From NCBI GenBank assembly GCA_049999805.1, contig JBNGIO010006237.1:163671-227670 (forward strand): DNA of 64,000 nt, given 5' to 3'. Below are positions 22,501 to 33,291 of the stretch, piece by piece. Position 1 is the first letter of the stretch. Each line of letters starts with the position of its first letter. The notes below the pieces were generated by a model. It saw only the letters and a list, made by a program, of their open reading frames with translations, was not told the DNA's origin and ran no database searches. The position numbers and the translations under genes were made by a program. The DNA is from Folioceros fuciformis. Taxonomy: Eukaryota.

Positions 22501-25500
22501 TCATCGTTCCTTCACCTCCCTGACCAAAAAACGGTGTGCCACGCCGTCCAGATCTGTCCAACAGCTCTGGCCCGGCTCTTTCCATGCACTGGTCCGTATT
22601 CGTCTAGTCTGCAATTCCTGTGCTTGCTCCCACATCTGGGCACTGGTGTATATGTTCGACATCAAAACATAGGCTGCGGCATCTAGGTTGTCTAGCTTCA
22701 CTGCTGCGTCGAAGGCATGACGTCCCACCTCCAGGTTCCTCCATTTCTGACAAGCACCCAGTAGCGTGTGCCAGACTACAGAATTAGGAGGTAAGGGCAT
22801 GGTCCTCACAAAGGCTAGTGCCTCATCCAGTTGTCCTGCACGACCCAAGAGATCCACCATGCATGTGTAGTGGTCGGCCGTGGGAGTGATGCCGTAGCGT
22901 ATCCTCATAGCCTCAAAGTATTCTTGCCCCGACTTCACTAGACCCGTGTGACTGCATACTGTGAGAATACTCAGAAGTGTTACGCCGTCTGGCTTGAGAC
23001 CATCCTTTCCCATTCCAACAACCAGGTCAAAGACCTTTTCACTGTCGCCTTGACGGCTGTATCCCGCAATCAGAGCGTTCCAGGAAACCACATCTCTTTC
23101 CGCCAATGTTTCGAACACCTGCTGTGCATCAACCATACTACCACACTTCCCATACATGTTAATCAAACTACAGGCCACAAGCTCATCGCCTTCAAGCCCT
23201 TGGTCTTTGATCTGTCCATGAAGCTGCCTCCCCAGCTGCAAAGCTGCCACACTTGCACACGCTTGAAGGAGGCACACAAAGGTCACCGAATTGGGTGCAA
23301 CGATTCCTTCTTCTTGCATAGCCTTGTAAACGCGCAGGGCATCCTGGCCCATGCCCTGCTGGGCATATCCTGCGATCATGACACTCCACGTCACTACATT
23401 TTTGTGACCAAGTCCGTCAAATACACTGTGAGCCTCCTCTAAGCTGCCACACTTCCCATACATGTTTACCAAACTGCTGGCTATCAACACATCTGCTTGA
23501 AGTCCTTGTTCTCGGATTTGTGAATGAAGCTGCCTTCCGATTTCCAAGGCCGGGTTGCCCACACTTGCACAGGCCTGTAGCAGGCATACAAATGTCAAAG
23601 AATCGAGCCCAACAATGCCTTCTTCTTGCATAGCCCGGTAGAGACGAAGGGATTCCTGCCCCATTCCCTGCTGAGAATATCCTCCTATCATAGCATTCCA
23701 TGTCACCAAATCTTTTTGGGGAAGCCCATCAAACACTCTCTGGGCGTCTTCCAAGCTCCCACACTTTGCGTACATATTTACCAAACTGCTGGCCACGAAC
23801 ACGTCAGTTTCAAGTGCCAGTTCTTTAATATGTGCATGAAGCTGCTTACCCCTATCCACAGCCGAGGTGCCCACACTCGCACATGCCTGCAGGAGGCACG
23901 CCAATGTTACGGAATTGGGTGCATCAATCCCTTCTTGTTGCATAGCGCTGTGGAGATTGAGAGCTTCCTGCCCCATTCCCCGCTGGGAATATCCTGCTAT
24001 CATGGCATTCCACGTCACCACAGTTTTTTCACGGAGACCATCAAACACCACCTGAGCATCCTCTAGGCTGCCGCACTTTGCATACATATTTACCAAACTG
24101 TTAGCTACGAACACATCGGTCTGGAGCCCGTAACCCCGAATTTGTGTATGGAGCTGCCTCCCCTTCTCCAAGCCTGCAGACCCCATGGTTGCACATGCCT
24201 GCAGGAGGCTCACAAACGTTACAGAATTTGGTGCAACGATGTCTTCTTGTATCATACAGCTATGAAGGAGCAGGGCATCCTGCCCCATGCCCTGCTGGGA
24301 ATACCCTGCTATCATAGCATTCCAAGTCACTACGTTTCTTCGACAAAGCCCGTCAAACACGACCCGAGCATCCTCTACGCAACCACATTTTGCGTACATA
24401 TTTATCAAGCTGTTTGCCACAAACACATCAGCCATGTGCCCTTGTTCTCTAATTTGTGCATGAAGCTGCTTCCCTTCTTCCAAAGCTGGAGCACCAACAC
24501 TTGCACATGCCTGAAGGAGGCAGACAAATGTCACAGGATTCGGTATAACACTACCTTCTCTTTGCATAGCCTCATAGAGACTGAGCGCTTCCTGCCCCAT
24601 GCCCTGCTGGGAGTATGCTGATATCATGGTACTCCACGTCACAACATTTTTGTGACCAAGTCCGTCAAACACCCCCTGAGCATCCTCTATGCTCCCGCAC
24701 TTTGCATACATGTTCACCAAGCTGTTGGACACAAACACATCAGCCAGAAACCCTCGTTCTTTAATTTCAGCATGAAGCTGCTGCCCTGTCTTCAAACCTG
24801 CGGTGCCAACACTTGCACACGCCTGTAGGAGGCAGACAAAAGTTACAGAATTGGGTGCAGCAATGCCTTCTTGGTGCATCACGGTGTAGAGACGAAGGGC
24901 TTCCTGTCCTCTGCCAAGCTGGGAATATCCTGCAATCAAGGCACTCCAAGTCACCACAGATTTCTGACCAAGTCCATCAAACACTGCGTGAGCATCCTCT
25001 ACACTGCCACACTTGGCGTACATATTTACCAAGCTGCCACCCACAACTTCGTCACGTTGAAGTCCTTGTTCTTTAATTTGTGAATGAAACTTCCTGCCCT
25101 TCTCCAGAGCTGGGTTGCCAACACTCGCACATGCCTGCAAGAGGCACACAAATGTCACAGAATTTGGTGTAGCCATGCCCTCCTCTTGCATTGCAGCGTA
25201 AAGATGAAGGGCCTCCTGCCCCATGCCCTTCTGGGAGTATCCAGCTATCATGGCATTCCACGTCACCACATCTTTTTTAGGAAGCCCGTCAAACACTCCT
25301 TTAGCGTCCTGTAAGCTGCCACACTTTGCGTACATGTCCACCAAGCAACTACAGACAAATAAATCAGGCTCAACGCCAGTAGCCAGCACATCAGCATGCA
25401 CCTGCTGCCCAGCTCTCAAGTCAGCTCCCCTCACACAAGCCTGCAGGGCTGCCACAAACACATGGCCATTGGGCTTCACACTGGACCTGCGCATCTGACG

Positions 25501-26229
25501 ATACAGTTCAATAGCCTGCTTATCTTGTCCACGCTTAACATGAGCAGAAATAATGGCACACCACGTGAACGCATCTGGTGTGGAAATCACATTGAACACA
25601 TCCATAACTTCCTGCAACCTGGCATGAGAAGCATACATTCGAAGGATATGGTTGCACAGGGACGTATCCGAATCATAACCCTTCTTCACAGTGAGAGCAT
25701 GAACTGCCCGACCCAGAGCAAGATCCTTCTTGGCCACACATTCTCTGATGGCAGAATGGAAGAGAGACTTGGACAGATGACATCCTGTGTGCACTAAAAC
25801 TCCAAGAGCCTCGACGGCCTCGGTGAGCTGCCCCTGCTGACAAAGCTTGCTGACGGTTTCAGCCGTCACATTCCCTTCGTATCCTGTAGTCCTGCCAAGA
25901 TCAGGATCAGCCAGCAAGCTGCAATTGGATGTACGGCCCATGTGCATATCCAGGGCAGCCAACTGCCCACCCACCCCAGCTGGCTTGTATAATTTGTGCA
26001 GCGCGAGACCCTCCTGGTCGGTGGGAGATTCGGCTCCAGCCAAACTTTCTGTTAAATTGGTATGCATCATTGCCACGGTACTGCACCTCGCCCCTTCGTT
26101 GTTCGCGAACGGTTGGCTCCTTGACAACAGGTGAGCCGCAGCTCTTCCCAGACGACCTACTACCCTCCAGGCGGCCATGGCTCGCAATGGCAAGCCCTGA
26201 AACTGTGGACGCACCGATCCCTGGACCAT
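22501..26229 (-). CDS. PLS-class PPR protein (~30 motifs, L-S-P triplets, P2-L2-S2, E1, E2, truncated WW-type PG box); organellar RNA-editing specificity factor
   Basis: Repeating VVTWNAMIAGY / VTFVCLLQAC / SLVNMYAKCG motifs, HYTCMVDLLGRAG (S2), WHTLLGAC (E1), AAAYVLMSNIY (E2). Ends WKEPGQSCWTDLDGVAHRF…*. Arg/Ala-rich presequence-like N-terminus. Confidence 0.95.
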   Translation of the reverse strand: MVQGSVRPQFQGLPLRAMAAWRVVGRLGRAAAHLLSRSQPFANNEGARCSTVAMMHTNLTESLAGAESPTDQEGLALHKLYKPAGVGGQLAALDMHMGRTSNCSLLADPDLGRTTGYEGNVTAETVSKLCQQGQLTEAVEALGVLVHTGCHLSKSLFHSAIRECVAKKDLALGRAVHALTVKKGYDSDTSLCNHILRMYASHARLQEVMDVFNVISTPDAFTWCAIISAHVKRGQDKQAIELYRQMRRSSVKPNGHVFVAALQACVRGADLRAGQQVHADVLATGVEPDLFVCSCLVDMYAKCGSLQDAKGVFDGLPKKDVVTWNAMIAGYSQKGMGQEALHLYAAMQEEGMATPNSVTFVCLLQACASVGNPALEKGRKFHSQIKEQGLQRDEVVGGSLVNMYAKCGSVEDAHAVFDGLGQKSVVTWSALIAGYSQLGRGQEALRLYTVMHQEGIAAPNSVTFVCLLQACASVGTAGLKTGQQLHAEIKERGFLADVFVSNSLVNMYAKCGSIEDAQGVFDGLGHKNVVTWSTMISAYSQQGMGQEALSLYEAMQREGSVIPNPVTFVCLLQACASVGAPALEEGKQLHAQIREQGHMADVFVANSLINMYAKCGCVEDARVVFDGLCRRNVVTWNAMIAGYSQQGMGQDALLLHSCMIQEDIVAPNSVTFVSLLQACATMGSAGLEKGRQLHTQIRGYGLQTDVFVANSLVNMYAKCGSLEDAQVVFDGLREKTVVTWNAMIAGYSQRGMGQEALNLHSAMQQEGIDAPNSVTLACLLQACASVGTSAVDRGKQLHAHIKELALETDVFVASSLVNMYAKCGSLEDAQRVFDGLPQKDLVTWNAMIGGYSQQGMGQESLRLYRAMQEEGIVGLDSLTFVCLLQACASVGNPALEIGRQLHSQIREQGLQADVLIASSLVNMYGKCGSLEEAHSVFDGLGHKNVVTWSVMIAGYAQQGMGQDALRVYKAMQEEGIVAPNSVTFVCLLQACASVAALQLGRQLHGQIKDQGLEGDELVACSLINMYGKCGSMVDAQQVFETLAERDVVSWNALIAGYSRQGDSEKVFDLVVGMGKDGLKPDGVTLLSILTVCSHTGLVKSGQEYFEAMRIRYGITPTADHYTCMVDLLGRAGQLDEALAFVRTMPLPPNSVVWHTLLGACQKWRNLEVGRHAFDAAVKLDNLDAAAYVLMSNIYTSAQMWEQAQELQTRRIRTSAWKEPGQSCWTDLDGVAHRFLVREVKER

Positions 26230-27084
26230 GCCATAGTGTCATGTTACCCCACTGGAGACGAGGATCCGAACACAGAGCGGATGTCATCAAGAAGTCAAGC
26301 GGTTAACAACTTCGTATACACACTCTGCTATCCGGTTCCCCGATAAAAACTCGAAGAGTGGCCATGTCAATCGACCAGCGAGATTTGGTACGGAGGTTTC
26401 GCATTTGGCGTCAAATGGTCGCCATGTAGATTCTGGGCACCACAGTACCGATTCTTGGACGATCGCCAGTCCCTAGGGTTTAACGAGCCGTAGGCACAAA
26501 CGTTTGACTGCTTCGCCTCGGAAACTGAATGTACCGACCAGCGATCTGAAAGTGTCAGGGGATGTGCGAAAGAGCGCAGCTATGGGCAGCACACTTCACT
26601 TCGATTCACAAGTGCGTGCTCTGCAAAACGAAGGGCGGGGGGGCCAGAATATGGAGCGGTCCTCGCACTGGACAGGTTTTACCGACGCCATCCGGAAGTA
26701 GCTGAGGATCCGAGAGCTCAGTGAATCTCCCTCCTCGAGTACAGTACCGACCGACGAGAGTGAGAACCCTGCCTGCCGCTCTGAGCAGCGGCTTCAACAC
26801 TACTTCACCGTTGGGGTGACGGATCGATGCGAGGAGGCGTGGGCCGATCAAGTGTCGGCTGCAACATTACCTGGGCCGCCTATCGGATCCAACATCAGTT
26901 ACCCGAACCAGTTTGTGTGCCTCAAAACAGGGAGAGACCAGTATTCCACTGGACAGCACATTTGTCAGACGTAGGTATGTCTGAACTGGCAGTGATTACT
27001 GCTCGGCAAGGAGAGACAATCAACAGTAGTTATTCCCAGAGTGATTATATGATGCACAAGCATTCACAGTAGAGAGAGGGGAAG

Positions 27085-27960
27085 AATTTTATTACAGTCG
27101 ACTGAGGACGGATTTCTATGTTGGTATTAACTGATTTGCACCATAGTATGTCAGGACGGATTTCGTTGGTACTTAATGATTCGCATCATAAATTCATAGG
27201 AATGGTATGTTATAGGATTCGTATTCTCCTTCTTTTCTTCCATTATGTTATGTGGTTTTTTTAATAATGTATTATCATTATTGCTTTATAAAAAACATTT
27301 GCTAATACAGTTTTTACAATAATATAATACAGTTTTACAACCTTAGGTTATTTTATTTTTCTAATCTTTAGAGTAAATAAGACCTCTTTAGGGTAATAAA
27401 CCCTTTTCATCTCTTTTCAATAAAAAAAATACATAAAAAAACCATAGAAGAAAATGCTTAGAAAGAGCCATAGTATGTACACTTAGTTACTTGCTCCAAA
27501 TTTTCTTCATCAATAATTTATTTATTTTTATTTCAGTATTTTTTATCAATCAATTTAAGGCATATTCTCTCTATTAACAATTTTAAGGCGATTGTAGATA
27601 TCTCATCCAAGTTTTATTTATAATTACTTTAAGCACTTCATTTAATACATATTTATGCATACACCAACAGATTCCGCTTTAGGTATTCCATGATGATTTC
27701 ATCAAAGTTTTATTTACATCCACTTTAGGCATTTCATCTAAGTAAGTGCATATTTATTTCTAACCCTAAATCGATCAATCGACTTTACGCTTTCACTCGA
27801 GATCTCATCTAAGTTTAATTTATATTCATTTTAAGCATCTTATCTAAGGATTGATCTATAGACTCTACCTTTATTTTTATTCACTTTAGGCCATTTTTAG
27901 TTCTAGACCATGATATTTTAGGTGCTCTTGATAGTTGTAGGGTCCCAATCATATTTATAT
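27085..27960. repeat. AT-rich block with degenerate internal repeats, probable TE remnant
   Basis: Abrupt drop in GC relative to the flanks. Recurrent ~100-bp-spaced motif GAT(A/T/C)TCATC(C/A/T)AAGTTT(T/A)ATTTA at ~27597, 27695 and 27800. AGGACGGATTTC is duplicated at ~27105 and ~27153. Confidence 0.5.
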
Positions 27961-27989
27961 GCTCTTTAAGGGGTTATGGAATACCGACA

Positions 27990-30900
27990 TGGACAGGGGT
28001 TCTTTCATAGAAATTTTAGGGCGGCCGTACGTTATACGGTGCAAAGATAAGGGACATAACGAGGCGACGAGAGGACCAGAGCCTCGGGATCGAGTCCATC
28101 CACATTCAAGTGGTTCTATTGTAACGAGGTTGGTCACAGGCTTCGAGACTGTCGAAAAAAGGCAGCAGATTTCAAGGCAAGAAAGGGAACCAAAGTATTT
28201 GATTCCCACGAGGCAAGATGGCTACCATGGAGGAGGGGGAGGGCCACATCAAAGGCGCCTTCATGGCGACAGTGGAGAGCTTGGAAGGCTAGGAGGACAG
28301 CAACAAACAAGCATCAGCGCACACAAGCGCAATGGGAGTGCACAGGGAGGATGCTTGGTTCATCGACTCTGCTGCAACATCACACATGTCACCAAGAAAA
28401 GAGTGGTTCACATCGCTGAGCAAAATCGCACCAAAGCGACTTCGCATGGGGGATGATTTCATCTAACTCACCGTCGCAGTGGGGGACGTATAGATTATGC
28501 TACCCCCTGTCCAAGGAACACCCCCATCAAGGACTATGATACGAGGAGTGTTGTTCGTCCCGGGGCTCACCAAAAGTTTACTATCCGTGCGCAGGCTCAC
28601 AGCTGCAGGCTTGGAAGTGGCATTCAAGGGGTCAAGTAGCATGATCAAGAACCTGTGCGGCGATACAGTTGCTGAACCCACCCTTGGGGATGACAACCTA
28701 TATAGGCTATCTTGCAGCACTCCTGAGACCAAAAGCAAGAGCAAGGAGCAGCTTGCAAGAGAAAGGGCCAACCTAGCCAAAACCGAGGCTGCAAGTGAAT
28801 CAGTTCAATTGTGGCATGAGAGATTTGGGCACCTAGGAGACCGTGACCTATGATTGTTGGCGAATCGCATGATGGTCCGTGGGCTCACGCTTCAAAGTGA
28901 CACCGAGTTGGAGTTTTTGCGAAGGGTGTGTGTTGGGAAGCACCACAAGGCTCCCTTCGCACGGGGAGGAACCGCCCGAGTGCAAGCAGAGCACCACTTG
29001 GACCAGGTGCACGGCGACTAATGCGGCCCCATGAAGACCCGATCATTTGGAGGGGCACGGTACATTCTAACATTCGTCGACGACCACACAACACGGACAT
29101 GGGTATACTTCTTGAAGTCAAAGGATGAAACACTTAACTATTTCAAGAAATTCAAGACGTTGGTTGAAAAGCATTGCAAACGACTCATCCAAATCCTTTA
29201 GTCAGATGGTGGTGGAGAGTACACGTCGAAAGCATTCAAAGGATACTTGGCAGAACACGGGATTCAACATCAAATCGCCGCCCGATCGGAACAAAACTCT
29301 ATTGCGAAGAGGATGCATCACACAATCATCGAGCGAGCTAGAAGCATGTAGCACGCTCGGAAGCTACACAATCAATTCTGGGCAGAAGTTGTTGCAACAG
29401 AGGCATACGTTCGAAATTGCAGCTCAAAAGCAAAAGCATTGAAGGACCTAGGCATCCCCCTAGAAGCAACGTGGATACAGCACAAGCCATCCGTGAAGCA
29501 TTTGAGGGTCTTTGGCTGCAAGGCGTACGTACACATTCCGAGAGACGAACGGAGCAAGATGAATGCCAAGTCCATCGAATGTATCTTTCTCGGCTATTGC
29601 CCAGGCAACATGGCATACCGGCTGTACAACCCACGGACCAAGCGGATCATTTGGAGCAAAGATGTCATCTTCGATGAACAGGGAACACAACCATGAGAAT
29701 TGCAGCCCCCATCACTCTTACTAAGCAAGGAACTACCACAAGGCACGCTTGAACAGAACCCATCGGAGCACATCAACCCCGTACCAACAGGAGATCACGC
29801 AAGAGGAGCAGACCTGGACACCGGAGGAGAGCTGGACACATCGGTCCCAAGTGATTACCAGAGCGATGAAGAGGACCCTCACGGCGGGGATACCCACAGA
29901 GAAGTTGCACAAGCTTGGCCATAGGACGGGAGAGACGATCTGGGAAGCCGTCCTTAAAGATGCTAGAAAGCATGGACTTGGCGTTGAAGTGCACGGTGGA
30001 GGAAGAGCCCTCAACCCTGAAGGAGGCTTTGGAAATAGAAGATAGGGAGAAATGGCTGAAGGCCATACACGTCGAGTACGATGTGCTTATCAAGAATAGA
30101 ACTTGGGGCTGAACCGAGCTCCCTCCCGGAAGAAGGCCAATTGGCAGCAAGTGGACTTTCAAGCTGAAGCACAAGGGAGACGAGAGCATCGAGCGGTACA
30201 AATCACAACGGGTGGAAAAGGGCTACGACCCACCGTATGGGGAAGACTACAGCGAGACGTTCTCACCCGTCGTAAACTTCACATTGATCCAATGCATGCT
30301 TGCACTGGCAGCGATTGAAGACATGGAGATCCATCACATGGACATTTGCAACACTTTCCTCAACGGCGACATGGAGGAAGCAATCTTCATGACATAGCCT
30401 GAAGGGTTTGAGAAGCGTGGGGAAGAGCACCTAGTCTGCAAGTTGAGGAAGGCTCTTTACGGCTTGAAGCATGCCGCACAAAGGTGGTACTTCAAGCTTA
30501 ACACTCTCCTAAAGGCCCTAGGCTTCAAACGGAGAGAGGCGGATCATGGAGTATACACACTTGGAGACGGAGACTCACGAGTGTGAATTGCTGTATATGT
30601 TGACGATCTACTAATAATCAGCAATTCCCTTACCTTGATGCGCCAGGTTAAGTGGGAGCTGTGCCAAGCCTTCGAGAGGGTTGATCTCGGAGAAGCCGAT
30701 TTCATAGTAGGAGTGAGGATCACCCGCGATCGACCAAACAGGATGTTGTCTCTAGACCAGAGCGCATACATCAAGAAAACTTTGGAGGAGCTTTACATGG
30801 CAGACTGTAAGGCAGTGACAACACCACTCGAGTTGGGAACACGACTGGTGCGGAAGGCCAAGGGCAACAAGGCTAAAGGAGACACCATCTCCAAGACACT

Positions 30901-32091
30901 CTATGAAAAGGCGGTGGGGAAACTCTTGTACGCCCTAAAGACGAGACCTGACATCGCTTACGCAGCACGATCAGTGGCCAAGTTTTTGGCAAACCCCGAG
31001 ACGCAGCATTGGACTTGTGTCAAGAGGATCCTTCGCTACTTGCAAGGGACCAAGGAGTACAGCCTATGCCTTGGTGGAAGGTGAGCAAATTCCCAACCCA
31101 CAACTTTGGAGGGTTACAGTGATGTAGACTATGGAGGGAGCTTGGACGACTGCCGCTCAACCATCGGTACGGTGTTCCTGCTAGGAGGCTAGCCCGTGAG
31201 TTGGTCATCCACCAGGCAGCCATGTGTGGCCACCTTTACAATAGAATCGGAGTGCATGGCACTTGCGGAGGCAGTTAAGGAAGCCATATGGCTTAGGTAC
31301 TTGCTGGGAAGTTTGGGCTATGATAGAGATGGGGCCACAATCATCTACACCGACAACCAGAGCAGCAGGGCCCTGGCCAAGAATCCGGAACATCACAAGA
31401 GAACCAAACATATCGACATCCGATTTCACTTCATCCGAGAGCGCCTCGAGACAGAGGTGGAGTTGAAGTTTTGCAGCACCGAAAACATATTAGCCGATAT
31501 CCTCACAAAGGGCCTTGGGAAAGAGCGTCATGGCACGTTGAGGACAGCCCTGCGCCTCACAAAAGGCAAACCACTGACTGGGCCTCACGCAGGTTTGGGT
31601 AGTGACACTCACGCACTTCATCATCTGCGTTGAGTGGGAGTGTTGGAGGAGATTTTCCAGTTGCAGATGGCGCCCTCAATCACGGCGCAATTCAGTAGCT
31701 GAAGTTTAGGGAGGATACCACATATAGACGTGCTCCGGGATTTGCAGCACAGTGTGCACCGTGCTCCATAGTATTTAAGGGGTGCAAAGACACACCTCGA
31801 TTATGATGTACCTCTCACGCTGTTACACTGCCTCAGCCTCCTTTTGACCTTTGTGCCTCTTTTGTCACTACTCCTCATCGCTACTATGCTCTCACAGCAT
31901 CCCTCACTTCGTGTGTGCTGTGGGCTGCGCTTCTTTAGAGAGGAAGGAGGAGCTGATAAGAAAGAGCACGAGGCAGGTCGCATTTGCTCGGATGGTCGTA
32001 ACCTTGTGTTCTGACTCTCTTGTCGCTCATTTTGGTCATGACTTCAGATTTTACGAGCTAATGCACAGTGTCTGCTTCTGCCCCATCTACA
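27990..32091 (+). mobile_element. Decayed Ty1/copia LTR retrotransposon (PR-INT-RT-RH order), 3' LTR starting at 31641, 5' LTR not found; right end uncertain
   Basis: Protease WFIDSAATSHM (~28356), GAG-pre-integrase LWHERFGH, integrase FVDD and SDGGGEY, FGCKAYVHIP, RT YVDDLLI (~30595), RNase H YTDNQS…RTKHIDIRFHFIRE…ADILTKGL. PPT GAGTGGGAG is followed by TGTTGG. Many stops and frameshifts. Confidence 0.92.
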
Positions 32092-33291
32092 TCACCATCT
32101 GTTGAACTACATTTTGTGTCCAGGTCCTATGCGGTCTTTGTTGGGGATGTTCTTCACAATGCCGTGTTCAAGTGCACTGTGGCATTGTCACTCTACTCGG
32201 ACCTTTGTTGTTTTTTTGGGACTTGAGTTGAGAGCCTGTTGTGAGTGGGGCTGAGGTTCATCAAGGTCTCCTTCTTTAGCTGCAGAGCTGCTGGTATATG
32301 GCGCCAAAGCCTTGGCCCGAAAATCAGTTGATGTGAACTCTCTTGTTAGGCTTGGTGCAAGTTCAGCATTCGTCCATAGCACTAAGAACAAGCAAAAGCT
32401 GGTGCATTTGTTCTCTATGTTGTGGTGTCTGTTTTTGTTGGGAATCTAGTCCACGCAAACGTCCTAAAGCCACGTTAAGCAATGCTGTTCGGTTCTGCTC
32501 AATCTCAACTGGCCAACAACGTTCGGTTCTGTTCAATCAACGTCGTTCGGTTCTTTCTTCGACGAATGAACCGGACCGCATACCTGTTAGAGACCTGTGA
32601 CAGCACTTCAGCTACGCTAAGCTCAAGTACATTGCTTCTTCCACAGGTGATGTTACTAGCCTTGGTACTGCTCGGCCCGGCTCTAGAAGCTTGTGCTCGG
32701 GTTTAGGGGCTCGAGTTCAGGTTTCTAGTGACCATGGAAGAGGGTCGGGTAAGTGGTCTATGTGGTTATGGAACTGTTATTGGAACAAAAGTGATGAGAT
32801 TAATAAATTCTAGCTACCTCCATACAAGCAACTTCGAAGTCAAGACATGGACACAGAGTGCATTGTAGTTAGGAATATGGGTCAGAGTTGTGTACGAAAG
32901 AAAAAAATAATCCAGTGAAGGAAAGCTTGGTGCTTCAGAGGTGGGTTGCTTCCAAGAAAATACACCATTCTCTCTAAAAGTTCGGAGCTTAATTTGATAG
33001 CTTTTAAAAAACATTTGCAAAAATGTTGGAGCTCAAAAATGTAGCCCACCTTAGACTCGGACCAATTCTCTTCTGAGCCTCCGAAGCACGCCTCTTATTC
33101 GCTTGACCGATTCTTCTTGGCTCGCAGGTTGCTGCTGCAGTCGCTCCTAGTTCATGCCAAGCGGATTCTGGTGATGCCCATACTCCACTTGCTCACTAGT
33201 CCCATGTCGTAGCTGCTGGTGGTCACCTTGGTGGTCACCATACTGCTTTCGAAGACGAACATTTGGAAGCTCAAAAGATGAAGCCCAGTTG

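Noticed and set aside
22948..25797. Periodic antisense and alternate-frame ORFs within the PPR gene
   Set aside because: Shadows of the ~312-nt PLS repeat.
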